A stretch of DNA of 64,000 bases, taken from the NCBI GenBank assembly GCA_973895155.1, contig OZ316892.1, forward strand, positions 17,474,357 to 17,538,356, given 5' to 3'. The notes below the pieces were generated by a model, which saw nothing but the letters and a program-made list of their open reading frames with translations, was not told where the DNA came from and searched no databases. Both the position numbers and the translations under genes were made by a program. Shown one piece after another: positions 12,551-26,712 of this stretch. This stretch comes from Marsupella aquatica. Taxonomy: Eukaryota; Plantae; Marchantiophyta. How positions within the stretch are numbered: the first letter of the stretch is position 1; every line of letters begins with the position of its first letter.

Positions 12551-15416
12551 TTATGAGTCTATTGTCTTTAGTTTAATGAAGAATTTAGTGAGTTGTGAAT
12601 TTTTAAAGAATGATCAGTTGGTCACTCTATCCATATTTTTGGCCTCTGAATTTTGAGGAGCTACCTTTGAATTTCAATATGTTCCTTGATACCAATCAAA
12701 TATGCTTCTTGCGTTCATTAGAAATTGCTTGGAAAGGTAGTTCCAATGGGACCAATATGGTCAAATTCCATTAAGTAGAGGCCTACAAATATCAAAGTTG
12801 ATTGTCCCATATTGTTGTCATTTGGAATTGATAATATTACAGTTGGGTGGTTGGTGTGGTTGTGTTCTGGTCACAGGCGCCGTGCTGTTGTTTTGGCCTA
12901 AGCTGGTGGGGAAGTGGTATGGTTATGGAAGTGATGTCATTTTGGTCAAGGGTGCGGCCAAGTTGTGATTGCATACATGTTCTTGTCTGACCATATTCCT
13001 GTTGGTTGCACAAATTGTTGTATCATCATGGTTAGCAAATACGGGGGCATGTCAGGCAATGGTGAGGGTCTCCAGACCCCCTTTATTCTCCCTCCCCTCT
13101 TCTTCTATTCCCCTTTTCCTGTTCCTTCTTGCCTTTCTGTCTTTGTTCTAGTTTTTCTTTTCTTTTTTCTTTTCTTTTACTCTCCCTCCTCCATATCCTT
13201 GCCACCCCTCCTTCTTCTCTCCCCACCGTGCTGTTTTCCCCTTCCCCTTCTCCCCTCTTGTGCATTCAACTTGAGGCCTTGCTTACTCACATGCACACAG
13301 GCCATGGCCCAAGCCCTGAGTAAGAAGGAGGAAGGGACATAAGGGCAAGGAAGCAAGAAGGAGGAGGGTCACAGGAGAGTGGGAGGGTGAGGGGGGAAGC
13401 GAAGAGGGGGTGACAAGTGCTTGCTAACAAACCCGATTGCAAGATGTTTCCATAATGCATGAAAGAAAAAGTTGATTCTTTTCTTATTGAACTAGCCCAA
13501 TGCCTTTTGCACAATTATTCATGCAAAAAACAATCTCATCATATAGACTCGCATATAGAGCATTTTTGTTGAACTTGATTGACCCTCTCAAGATTCTGCA
13601 AACTCAGGTACACCCAAGCACACCGCAAATACCTATGCACACCACACCAGATGTACCAAAGGATGAGGTAAATTGCAGGTGAGGATTGTTGTTGTGCCCA
13701 TGTGGTTGTTGGTGCAACAGTACTTGGCTATGCATTGCACAAAAATATCTACGTGAGACAAAAATTAATAACTGCAAATGAGTAAATAAAGTGTTGTGGT
13801 TACAAGTGTTATTTATGCAATAATATTCATGGGTGCAAAAGTTTCATTGTTTTGGTTGGGCGGTTGTGCAGAAATGTTGTCATTTTGATGAGTGTTGTCA
13901 CTTTGAAAGTGTTCTTGTTTGAGAGGGTGAGGGTGAGGGCACAGGGACATGAGATGGTGGCCACGACATTGCAGAGTCTAAACATAGTCATGCGATAGGA
14001 AGAAGAATTCATAATTAAAAAAAAAAAAAATTGGTTTTTACGGACCCCCATGAGAAGTCTCTTGAAAAAGTTTTGGCACGTGGTTGTACCATGTCAGCAC
14101 TCTCCGTCACAATCATGAACAACAATTTCAGTGGTGACACACATTTGAACACAATCATTCGTGTTTGTTGCAACGCCGACATAAACTGTTAGCCCCAGGA
14201 ATGATAAAAATTAAGAAAATTGAAAATTAACATGGGGAATAGCAAAGAATGGCGGCAAAAAAGTAATCGATAGTAGCCCATTTAAAAAAATCATGAAGAA
14301 TTTATTTATATTTAATTGATTGACATAACAAACAACAATGACTAACTCTAGTTACTTGTTCTATCTGATTGATCAATGCATTTAATTTGATCATTTGCTG
14401 ACAAAGTGGATGGTAGACAACAATGCACATGGTCACAATAAATGATGGATGTAGTCTGATTTCTTAAATCAATGAATAGGATCAAATGTTGATAACTAAT
14501 GCTGGCCGTTTGTACTTTAGACCACTGGTACTTTAAGTTAGTTGGTTGTTCTTTTGGGGTTTACCTGATGTCATTTCTGTGCTATCAGGGTATGTTAGCA
14601 GCCTAAGATGCATAAAAAGAGTTTTTTTAATCAGCCATAATTTTGTTGTCTCGAGCCCATTTGGGCTGAGATTTTTATGTTGCTACCTAGAGTCCAACCT
14701 ACTCAGTAAAAGACTTAGGAAAAAAAATATTCCCCAAACCCTATGATGACTCTCATCAAACCAATCAGATAAAAGAGATTGAGAGTATTGAAAGGAAAAA
14801 GAAAATTGTGAACTAGGATTGGGGACAAATGTGGAAGGTTGGGTGGGCAAAAGGGAAAAACTGGGGTTGCAAGTTTAGGTTCAGTAAACACTATCTATAT
14901 ATAGAATTCTCTCATTCAACCCCTAACAATGACCCAACATAGAAAATGTGATCAATGCCATGTGAAAATTCTCATGCTCCAATTATTAAAAGCATGCATA
15001 CCGTAAACTTTTGTTTTTTTTTTCCATGTTGGAAGTAGACCATCCCCTACTTTTGGGGGGAATCATTTATTGTACCGTTCGACATTCTCATGCTCGAATT
15101 ACTGGCATTTATAAGAGCGTTTGAAGTTCTCATGCTCCAATTATTAAAAGCTGCAACCTGGTAAACTTTTAAATTCAGGGTAGGAACCAACATTACTAGA
15201 CTAGGGTGGATCGTCAGTTTTTAGCTTTGAGTTGCATTTGGAAGGTCGTCAAATGGCACGACTAATTGACAATTCAGCATTGCATCAAGCATCCTTGAAT
15301 TGAAGGATTCCGTTGTGTTCAAAACCTCCAAAATGTTGCCATCATGAAAGTACTTATTCAGGACTTGACCAGGACTATTGGCCATCAGAAATCCAAAAAA
15401 ACACAGTAACTCCACA

Positions 15417-16049
15417 ACACTTGTTGTAGTGTCTGCCTCCGCTACACAGGGCACCACCACTTGACTTGAGGTGTCACAAAATCTACATTATGTTAATATT
15501 TCAAGAACCTCAATATTTTATTGGATAATTAAATAATTCTTTTTGAGTTGATAATTGCAACTGTGATCTCTTGAGTTCAAGTTACCTACTTTAAATTGTT
15601 GGGACTTTTGGACAACTCCAACACTCAATCTGTTCTCGACTATCACTATTTGACAAAGTGGAATATAGAGTTGCACACTTTTTATTAGGTATCTAGACCA
15701 ACGCTTGAACCAAAACTTAGTTAGGTACCTTCTTAGTGAAACATATAAGTATTATGCTTTTGCAAAGCAAATGGCATAAGAGAAGTTCACAAATGCAGAC
15801 TTTAGAGGAGTGTTAGGAGATGTACAAAAGTCCCAGCTTTTCTCAATAGGCAGCTTGAACTCCACACATCTCACCAAGTTATTTTCGAAGAACAAAATTC
15901 ATTTTATCATCCAATAAAATATTGGAATTAATCAAAAAATAACATTTAATAAAATATTGGAGTTATAAAACAAAAACATTTTGTAGGCTTATGCTGTCCA
16001 AGTCAAATACTGGCACCCTATGTAGCAGAGACTGTCCAATAACAAGTGT
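15417..16049. mobile_element. Old non-autonomous element with long (~120 bp) degenerate terminal inverted repeats (MULE/MITE-like)
   Basis: Left arm ACACTTGTTGTAGTG...GCTACACAGGGCACC...TTGACTTG...CAATATTTTTATTGG aligns to the reverse complement of ~15905-16049 (ACACTTGTTATTGG...GCTACATAGGGTGCC...TTGACTTG...CAATATTTTATT). No clear TSD or ORF. Confidence 0.55.
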
Positions 16050-16056
16050 GAAACCA

Positions 16057-16870
16057 CACCTGCCCCTATAAAGGGCTAAGGGTAACCCATAGTTCTCATT
16101 CTAGAGAGCATAAGTTCAGAAATGGGTTTTGAGCTCCACAAAAGGTGCAGGCTGCAAAACTTTTTAAACTTTTTTTTCACCTGTCCCTTTAAGGGCTAAG
16201 GGTAACTGATAGTTCTCATTCTAAAGAGCATAAGTTCATAAATGGGCTTTGAGCTCCACAAAAGGTGTCGGCTGCAAAACTTTTTAAACTTTTTTTTAGC
16301 AAGTACTCCACAAAGGTGCCAATTGCAAAACCTTTTTTTAACAAGTACTCCACAAAAGTGGATAGTGAGACATGGAATGAAGAACTTTTTAAACTTTTTT
16401 TTTAGCAAGTACTCCACAAAGGTGCCAATTGCAAAACTTTTTTTAACAAGTACTACACAAAAGTGGATAGTGAGACATGGAATGAAGCTTTTATAGTGAC
16501 AAGTGTGATTGAAGGAATTATTGCATTTTTGGATTTGTGCGGGCTGCCAGACCGAAGGGTCTGCTGGACCAAAGGGCTTGGTGAAATACTAAATCCATCT
16601 TTGCAACCTATGTTAAGGAATTATTGCATTTTTGGATTTCTGCGCTGGATTTCTGCGGGCTGCCAGACCGAAGGGTCCGCTGGAGCAAAGGGCCTGGTGA
16701 AGTACTAAATCCATCTTTGCAACCTATGTTAAGGAATTATTGCATTTTTGGATTTCTGTGGGCCGCCAGACCAAAGGGCCGGGTGAAGTTCTGAATCCAT
16801 CTTTGCGATCCATGAAGTTTGGAAAATGATGGCCTGGTGAAGTACTGAATCCATCTTTGCTGTACATGAA
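16057..16870. repeat. Compound tandem duplications (2 x ~121 bp, 2 x ~105 bp, ~3 x ~100-115 bp) beyond the PAT 3' end
   Basis: CACCTG..AAGGGCTAAGGGTAAC..ATAGTTCTCATTCTA at 16057 and 16178; AGCAAGTACTCCACAAAGGTGCCAATTGC at 16298 and 16404; AAGGAATTATTGCATTTTTGGATTT at ~16512, 16615 and 16731. Confidence 0.9.
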
Positions 16871-17660
16871 GTTCACAACCATTATAGAATTATAAGAACA
16901 ACATTCGCCTGAGATTACTCCTCTGATATGACCTCACATGAGACTGTTCGCCTGATGTAACTCACAATGCCTTCACATCAACGTAACCAATGAAACTCAC
17001 GATGTCAATTGCATATCGACAGGGAGCTTTCAGCACTCTTTGGTGATCCAACAAAACCTACAGGACAGATAATCACTTAGATTACACCACGTACCAACAA
17101 ATAGAAACTCCAGTGATGCAGTATCTGCATGCAACTGCAGAAACTCCTGCACTGTTTGAGTCAACATTGCCATTCTCGTCGGAGATCTTCAACAGAGTAC
17201 TAGTGGAGAAAGCTATTATGGGATCCAATGTGACGTCGTCTTAATTTAAACAAACCTCTGAAACCAATTCTCTTTAAGTAGGCAAGAACCTGGCAAAGGA
17301 ACACCGACATCACTGTACTTGCACACGATAATCTGCCTATTTCCTAATCCACCAAGTACAGCGACGAAAAATCTTTACACTTAGGCGCATCTGGCTAAGC
17401 CTACTACGAGTAACAAAATGAATCCAAGTTCCTCTTCTAAAATTGAAAGTTATTTTGCAGAGCTTTCACTAAGATACTATTGAGGCGGCTTTGTATTATC
17501 ACCGACCACCAGTGAGCTGCGTGGTCACTACTGGCACTATACAATTAGATATCTACAGCGAACGCTCGTCCCACAAGGATTCTGGGAAAGTACTTCAGGA
17601 ATACCTTGCTAATGACAAATTTTCCCTGATGAAGGTAAAGTTACACATCATTCACATAGA

Positions 17661-20600
17661 TCACGGGCTACTTAAAAGCAGCGGACCACCTGCACGTGAA
17701 GTAGACAAGCCTCGCCGGTATGAAAGTAGAGACTCTTTGAGTCTTCTTGGAGATGACAACCGTTTCTTGCCAGTCATGGGCTTTAATGATTCACCAGCAA
17801 AAGGACCTTCGTAGCCACTGGGAACAAACTCTCTCGAGCTTGATTGGTCTAGGTGATTACTAAAATCAGTTTCAAATGAAGACTGAACGTCTGGGGACAT
17901 GCCGTGTGCGGGAGATACATAATAAGAGGGAGATGAATTATTACTTCCCTCTGTTGAAGTAGAAACCTTGTCACGAATTCCAGGCCACTCCTTTTTCACA
18001 TGCCGTAAAATATTCGCTTCTACTCTTGACCCATCGGATCTGGTGTCGTAGACACTGCTGGCCCTCCTGTTCAGTTGAGACTGAGAAAAAGCAACGTCTT
18101 CTGAGCCACTACTCCATGTAATGCTTGCATTCTGCAAATTTCCTCTACTTATGAACGATGGGTTTAGCTTCAGTTTACTCCAAGCTTGAGACAGGCGATG
18201 ACCGTGTTCGCTGGTATCATCTGCACTCTCCCCACCTGATGCTTCATATCCATCACTTTTCGCACGATACAACCAAGACCTTTCCTGGCTAGTAACAATG
18301 TAGTGTTGCACGTCTCCACATACAAGATCTGGTGATCCTAGGTCATCCGGAGATTCTGTAGCACTTGCACTTAAGGGAAATGATGCTAATGTATTTAGCG
18401 ACCTTGACCGGAATGGACTCCTGGCTTCTGAACCCAACGGAATGATGGCATGCCCATTGTCTTCATCAAACTGCTGGCTAAATTGACCACCGGAAACGTC
18501 AGCAGGCATTCTTCCACTATATAAAGGATTTTGGTGCCCATTCCCTAGTCCCTGTAAGTCCTGTGATAAAGGGACCTCCAATCTCCAACCAGCTTTGTGA
18601 CCACCTTGTGCTGTGCTTCTTTCAGCACTGATTTCAAAGCTGCTGTCTTCGGTTTCGGTAGCAGCAGAACTATTCGTAGACTTCACAGGACGTAAAATAG
18701 ATGACCTTTCTCGTGCTCGAACAGCAGCTCTTTCTGCATCCTTCGTGCTAAGCCGAGCCAATTTCCATGGGCTAAGTCCAATTTGGCGCTTTGGCGGCGC
18801 ACCCGATCCTTCTTTTAGATTTCTGGACGAGATGCCTCCAGTACTTCCCAGGTCTGTTCGCGGCGAAGCTACCTGTATTTAGGAAGGCCAAAGGATCAAT
18901 CATACAGTTAAGGAGATCATCAAAATCGTACGGAAAATGAAAGAACAGACTTGGAATCCCTGACCTAGAAGAACTATTATATGGTCTTCAAACTTACAAA
19001 TCGAAATGGGATTATGTTCATATATGTAGAATACCTGGATCGCCTCAGCTAACGGTAAAACACGAATTTAACCAAAACTAAAAGAAGTCAGGACGCTAAT
19101 TGACTCGGTCCGAATTACAGGAGCTTTTCTGGCAGTTTCACGTTACTGGCCTTTGTTGATATGGCACTTGTCAAATGAAAACGAACAATATTCTAGAATA
19201 TAGCACGAAAATAATCCGCAACCTACAGAGATGATCACCTCAAGCAAACCCATCCTTGAAGGACGGTAGCCACGGACACAAACCAAACAAATAGGGTGCT
19301 TAGCAAGTCAAACTTCTCTACACGAGGGCTGAAGGGAGAATACCCGCAGCGGCGTTGCATACTGCACCACAACCTCTGCCTTCATGTTCGACTGAAAAAC
19401 CCGTAAGGACGATATATTAATTAAATGTCACCTCGCAGTAAGTACGAGTAGCGAAAGTGATAAATCAAATCAAAGTTTAGTTTCTTGAAATTTTGGGCTT
19501 AAGGGTGACGTCCTCCCCATGTTCTAGAAGGTTACGAGAGTGTCGCCAATACAAGAAAGGCTTCCTCTTCAGAAGGGGGCTGCCCACCTTCACCTCTAAA
19601 GCACTTGAAATGCCAAATGAGCATGAAATAAGGTGAGTAATGCTGAGAACCTGATTCTCCGCAAACATGCGTGGCGGAGTGCACCATACTGCTCTGTGCA
19701 AACCCCCAAAGGGGCTTCCACCACTGACGGCAGTGGCAATAGAGCTTGCAGGTGAGGAAGATGGACTTCCACCCAAACGTCCTTCAAATTTTGGCTCATC
19801 CATCTCTTGCTCACGAATCGCAACGATGTAGTCATATGTAGTTATCCCCTGAAAGTTGTAAGTATAGTTAGTAATTTCAGGAGAGGACCAGGTACTTAAA
19901 GGAAAATATCAAATTCTATAGCAGATTCCATATTTTAGAGATAAAAAACCTTCGTACCATGTCACACTGATCAACCGCAGACACGAGGACGACTAGTGAG
20001 CGTCACGATATACCTTTTTAATCAGGATTATATGGAAGAAGAGAAGCTGTGTGAGAGGCAGTGTGGCCAACATAGCCAGAAAGGTGCAAACTGTCTGCAC
20101 GCCGACCAGGAAAACTCCAGCTTTAAGTTGCGATTGCTGAAAACTGTCAGTCCTGGGACTCTTTACAAGACAGCCTAGACGGATATACTTCTAAAGCCCG
20201 GATTACTGGTATTTGACAGCCCAACATCTCAATTCACTGCAAATCTTCGATATCCAAGAGCGAGTAGAAGGGCGGTCCATTACTGTAGCAGAGCAATGTC
20301 CGGTTTCTACCTACTACTTGACACGGAGTTAAGTCTTTGAGCATGCCATGAATTTCACTCAAAAGCAGTTTTAGATACCAACATGCAATTCACGCTTGCC
20401 CAAATTCACTTGTAAAGACCCACCAATGAAGAAAACATAAATCTTCCAACATCAACAGATTTGATGAGTTCTTTGTAAGCTGGTCAAAGAGAAGGGGAAC
20501 ACTGAAGACTACAGTCGTGATATGACAGCCGGATTATTTAGCAGCAACGCAGGGTAAAATAATAGATATCTGTGTGAGTAGGACGAGATTTAAATGTGAG

Positions 20601-23009
20601 CTTACCAGGACCACAACAAACGGTGTTCTTGTGAAGCTGCTGCCCAACTTTTCATTAATTTCCTTGTCAAACTTGTGTTTGTCGGAAAAACACCGCACTA
20701 GCACCAATATTCCAACAGACCACTCCATTACCAGCTGCAAGTCACATGCAAAGGTAAAGATCAGGCCAACTCAAACAGCAGGGCAGATCGTTCAGCTGCT
20801 TACTCCAAACATGCAATCAAGAATTCTCTTACCGACCTTGATTTTGAACTTAACCTACATTATGTACCAAGTCACTAGTCTACCTATATCTTTCAAAATT
20901 AAAACTTCAAAGCACAGAAATAAATTTCCGCTAATACCGCTAGTAGCGAAGTCAACTCGTTGTAATTGGCAAGAGTATCCTCTTAAAGCGGAATTTCATT
21001 GCGTACAATTCTTCTAGTGAGATGTAGGAAAGCACTCGGTACCATGAGAAGACTCGAAACCATCACGGCAACAAAAGTCTTGTAGTTCTTTCTCCCAATG
21101 CAATTGTTTAGCCACTGCATCGAACCAAGATTTTCAGAAACTAGACTTTCCTTGTCATCCCAAATTAGAGAAATGGAACAGACTCACTTTATACTATGAA
21201 AGCAAAACAAAAGGATTTGTATCAATCTAAGAACAGCTAAAATGAAAAGCAGCTCGTAAATGGCTGCTACTAGAGAAAGCTTGTACCCGGCAGTGATGAT
21301 CAAACCCATCAACACATTTGTCGCATGCTCTGCAGTGCTTGCTGGACTTCAGTATCTGTCCCAATGCACCAAAAGATCAGGCGATCTGATATAGAGCTGG
21401 TATTCGAGAACAAAAAGGAAACATACACCCATGTAGTGATTTTCAAAGCGGCCATCCAAACTTTAACAAGTGCAATCGAAGGAGGTTTGGAAGAAGGGCA
21501 ACCGTTACCTCTGCTTCACACAAACTACAGTAAAGAAGCTCCTCTTCTGGAATATACTTATCCCGTTTGGACTTCGTTCCAAGGAAAACATTCCGCAGAA
21601 GACCTGTCCCTGGAATGCATTCCCATAAAACTACGAAAGGGCAGCAGAGAGATGCGCAAAAATTTCTGGCTTTCACCCAGCCATCTTTATCAGGTGCTTG
21701 TGCTAACTGCACACTCTCGCTGAAGTCTATATGCGGTTGGTCCACAGGAACTCTGTGTCTCTCAGATTCCTGAAGAAGAATCTCAGCTGATGATTCTAAT
21801 TTTCTAGTGGCCTCGGTCCTCTGCAAGGCTACTCTAATACCGGAATCTGCCGGATCAATTGCGGCACAACGGACATAGAGAACGAAAACGGCAAATACCT
21901 GCAGGACGAACAATTTGCTCAATGCCAGAAATTACGAACATGGCGATGTATAAGTTGTGTTCGTCCGTGAAGTCTGATGTTGTATTGTACACAGATATGT
22001 TTGCACTAATATGCAAGTTCGTTAATGTCGCCAAGTTACTTTTCTAATTAGCTGGCGCCAACAAAACCCCACACTCGCGCCACCGACTAACTTGTATCAG
22101 GATTAAAAACTGGGTCTAAGTTCGGCATTATAGCGCTTGGACTGATGCCATTGCTCGCATGCCTCCACTGTAATGGTCTTACAGTCTGTAAAACGACCCG
22201 AATCGTCAGACTCCGAGGATGAATGCGCGAAGATTGGGCACAGACAGTAGCTGGATACCTCTAGAGCACTCGACCGGTCAACCTAATCTTGATATGCATG
22301 TATTGGTCACTCAAGGAGTAAAGACAACATGGCGTAGGTAAAGAGGTGCTCACCAAAGGCGAAAATACGGCGATAACATGAAGTCTCAGCACATTGCTTC
22401 CCACAAATGGTACGAAGAACACGTAAAACGAGAAGGCCAAAGCACTGAATACAGCGACGGCGACAATCTGGATGCGGAAAGGGAAATCACGTTAGTCACT
22501 AGTTCTTTTCGTACTATTCCGTAACTATTCCGGTCAGATAAGTTGAACGGAAGTATCGACGGACTCGGAACCGACTCCTAAACTCCATGCTTTGCGTTGG
22601 GAAGGCTTAGCTAGTGTTGTTTTAATTACTTCGTTCGATCATCCTCGCAATCTAATTCTTCAAGAATCCACCATTTGCTTAGTTCCGCTACGACTATAAA
22701 GACGAGTGAGATGTCCAACAAAAGATTTCGCCCCGACGCCCGGCCAGCCGGAAGCACGTTACCATCGGCATGTAACACTGCCAGCGTTGGACTGACCGAT
22801 AAAAATGGCAGGCATGCACACGTGCGTCAGCAACACTCGTTGTTTACTTCGAGACATCCGAGGGTGCTATCCAGTCTTTGGCAAAAATGCGACTCCATTG
22901 TATAAGTCCCATGACAATCCCGGGATCTATCAGACAAACTAAGGAAGTATTGTAAGAGTTCCCTTACCTGCAGAGGGTGATAAGGCAGATGCCAGCCATG
23001 ATTTCGCAT
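17661..23009 (-). CDS. PAT22: DHHC-type protein S-acyltransferase, PAT22-like, 9 coding exons, ~768 aa
   Basis: Exons 22968-23009 ([14 protein letters not shown]), 22354-22467, 21509-21898, 21287-21355 ([19 protein letters not shown]), 21043-21114 ([11 protein letters not shown]), 20606-20734, 20014-20094, 19651-19848 ([13 protein letters not shown]...[10 protein letters not shown]) and 17661-18872 (SPWKLARL, long S-rich tail). All junctions are GT-AG and phase 0. Confidence 0.95.
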
Positions 23010-25113
23010 TGTAGTGAGGTCTATCACAATTGCACTGGTGTAGAAACCGATAGAACAACCGCGCGCTGAGCTTGATTTCAAGCCCCAGCATTCAAATGAT
23101 CAGGTTCTCCGTATAAAACGCGTCACAGCGTTCAGAAAGAAGTCGACCGTCACAAGCGAAGGCCACCTTGCATGTTCAAAAGCTGGGACGTGGCCTTCTC
23201 TTCAATTTCAGCAGCTTCTACGCGGCGTGAGGAAGAGAAGGTGCTCGACATTCACAATACAACTGCGACGTCCAAGAATACAGTTGGGGATCAATATTGA
23301 TGCCAAGATGTAAAAGACCTTCAAAGAATTCTTGATTCCCGGTCGCACGAGTTTCCAACACTAGTTCGGGCTGAGAATGACACTTCCATTGCGCGAGACT
23401 CACTAAGCTGATACTAATCGAACACCTGAAAACCACACCGGTCCACGCATATTCTTGTTCCTACTCCCTCTATCTGCTATTTGTAGAAAGCTGGAACTAC
23501 AGATAAGTTGGGCAACACAAAGCCAATGCAGCTCAAACCTGCAAAGAGTACAAAAATTGAAATGGTATCTAAGTATCGTCGCAGCTCCATGCAGACGGTG
23601 ACATCAAATTTCTCAACTTCTCTTGACAATGTCACGACTCCTGCCGCCCCTTGCGGTCGTTGCAACCCCGGCCTCAATTTGCTCACAGGTGCAAGGCGAA
23701 CACCTTCTTTTCAATCCGCTATGCGGAAACCGTCCCACACACCACCTGCTTGAACCTCCCTCGAAGCTCCTGGCGCTCGCACATTATCGGGTATTCACTA
23801 TATGTTGCCTTAAATCGTTTCACTTCCAGCCAACAAGCGAACCACATTACATATACATCTGTGACACTCATTCTGCCACACACATCTCTCCTGCAATCTC
23901 CGTCCCATAGCTCGCACGGTTCCCGCCTAGCACCCAGAAGCCACTCTTTGTGAGAATCACTTAGCTGACCTTTCTTCGGACATCCATCCTGTCAGCTGCC
24001 TAGACCTGCATGAAGCCACAGCTCTTACAGTGCAACGGAGCAATCCTCGACATTGTGGTGTAGCAAGTAGCCAGCCCCTTCCTCTCACCAATCAACTATA
24101 CCGCAATGCACCACGCAGGAGTACACTGTCACACAATGCGGCCACTGCTCGGGCTACACGATCGACAGACAGCGATGGATTCATCCATCCAACCTTTCAC
24201 GAAACCTTAAAACCCCGCTCTTGTTCACTTCTCTCTCCTCCCTACCTCCTTCCCTTCGGAGGACACAGACATATGTAGAAATGAATGAACAACAAGAATC
24301 AGGAGGTCTGTGTCCAATGCGGCAACGCCACTGTCGAGGAAGCTATATCCAACACGGTCATAAATCCGTCGTACAGCTCGGCTCGCTCGCTCGCGTTAAC
24401 GCTCGCTTCTGCCACACTACCACTCCCGTCTCCCTCGTCAGTTTTCTTCCACAGCCCATCACGAAATATAATCACAACGAGGAAGACCAACCGGTTATCG
24501 CAGAGCAGGCCCTAATGCGGTGCTGCCATAGTCATTCATGCCCACGCTGCGAGGCGGTGTTCTCTGCACTCTGCTGCGAGCATCTCTGCGGCAGCGGTAC
24601 GACGATGTGATTTGCGAAGCTGACGGACTGACAGCCCTCCGCATTTCATGTGCGATGATACTGCATTGCATTGCGGTCGCGCATCGAGACTGTTCTCATC
24701 CTGCAGAAGAAAATGGAGGCTGGGTGCCTGGGTCTGCAGAAGACACGAACGAAGCTTTTCCCACTTTCCGACTTTCCCTCCCTTCCCTCCCTCTCTCCCC
24801 TCCCTCTCGCTCTCTTTCCTCGTGCATGGATGAGACGCATCATTCTCGTCGGTATTGAGCAAACAGTACTCCTCACTACTCCATTAACGCACTGTAGCTG
24901 CTGCTGCAGCTTTTGTGCCCGCCTAATCTGGACAGTCAGTCGTGTGGGCCCTAATTTAATGAAATCAAAGTCTCAAAGTCTCAAAGTCTCAAACCCTCCT
25001 CCTCCCGCCCGCTCGACACGTCCCAAAATAAATCCCTCCTGAAATGAAATGCTGCTTTTTTTTAAGAGGTTTTTGAAGAGGGAAACGCCCTAGAAATGTG
25101 TGCTACGTCCCAA

Positions 25114-25343
25114 ACAACGAGGGCTTTAGACCAAAATTTGAGAGGTTGTTGTAGCCATAAGTAGCCCAATGCTTTGGGGGTTGCAAAAGAATATGTGGAA
25201 GAGAGTGAGAGATATCAATGAAAGACACGAGGAAAATTGTTCTTAAGGGAGGTTATGTGTCATTGTGATCTTATACAAACATTGACATTGGGCTCGTTGT
25301 GGCTATAACAACCTCTCAAAATTTGGGCTGAAGCCCTCGTTGT
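25114..25343. mobile_element. MITE-like fold-back element, ~230 bp with ~58-bp inverted arms
   Basis: ACAACGAGGGCTTTAGACCAAAATTTGAGAGGTTGTTGTAGCCATAA..AGCCCAATG (25114-25171) is the imperfect reverse complement of CATTGGGCT..TGTGGCTATAACAACCTCTCAAAATTTGGGCTGAAGCCCTCGTTGT (25286-25343). No TSD is evident. Confidence 0.7.
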
Positions 25344-26712
25344 GTGAGTGAAACCATAGATCATTATTTCTGATAACACTAAATTTTGATATTTAGACCT
25401 TGTTATATGTAGACTATGTTTGTGGATAGGGAAATATACAGCTTAGAGGCATTGTTAGAATTGGGCCCTCAAACAAATGCTTGTAACTAGGACTATTCTT
25501 ACCCGTAAACTTGGGTGAGTTTTGGAAAGAAACAAGAAAAATTAATATCCTCTAAGTTATGATCATGCAATAGTCTGTCACGAAATAAAAAGTCGTTGAA
25601 GCAGGCATGGTTGAGTGGTAACTTGCTTGAGTACTTACTCATAGGTCTTGGGAACAAAAGTTGTAACTGGCTGATGTTGCCTCCCTTTCCGTGGAGCACC
25701 AAGTGTTCTTCCTTTTACTTGTCTGGCTACTTCTTTCTGATGTGCAGTTATCCCCACACCCCAAATTTCAAGTGAATGAGTAAAAATCCCCAAAATGCCC
25801 TTGCACTACCTTCCTAAGGTATTCTCTTCCATAAAGGGCAGAAAATACCAATAGAGAATTCTTGAAGGGAATTAAATTTAAGAAGCAGGCTCCATCTGAA
25901 ATCTTTTTGCACCTTCTTGGCTGGAGTATTGATTTAGAGAAGTCAAACTAGTCTTAATGACCATCCTGTGTAATTCACCCTGAGCTAATGGCTTTTCGGC
26001 GTGCCACTGAGTAGAGCTATAGCCTCTAGGTTTTGTGTTTTGTCTTCCCCCATTATTTGGTCTCCTGTCTTTGGGAGCGGGTCTCCCGGATGGGCCACTT
26101 TGGTTTTTGGCAATGTGATGTGAAAGGTTGCTACCCCTTTAGGTATAAAGCATTTGAGTCAAACAAAAGAAACAAAAGAAACTTTTGGCCAAGCGGTAAC
26201 TTGTGCAACTACCTCGTTTTTTAATTTTTTATTCGGTAGGCACGTTGTTTTGTTTGTGTGAGAGAGAAAACGAATGCCCTGGCCAGCTGGTCTGGCAAAG
26301 CATTGACATTTTGGCGAGCCTAAAAGTGAAAAAGTGTAAAATTATTATGGCGAGTGCAAAACTCCCAATGATTTTATGTAAAATATTATTACTATTATTA
26401 GAGATTTAAACACAGCGAAGCTCTATTGGCCATCATGTTTGACAAGATGCCAACAAAAGACTTGATGGCCTGATGGGGCCTTTAGAGAAAACAAACCCCT
26501 ACAAAGGCCCCTTTTAATGGACTGGAATTTTTTGGGCCCCAGGCCCTTACATTCCCTGCGACTGAGTACCACTAACCTTAAAGTGCTTCGCATTTAACCT
26601 GCGTGGTACCTTTGCAGCCCCCCTCTTTCTCCCTGCCGGCCTAGTTCTCAAGTTTTTTTTTCCCATTATGGCGAAAGTGGAGAATGTTACCCGGTGTGAA
26701 GCAAAAGATACT

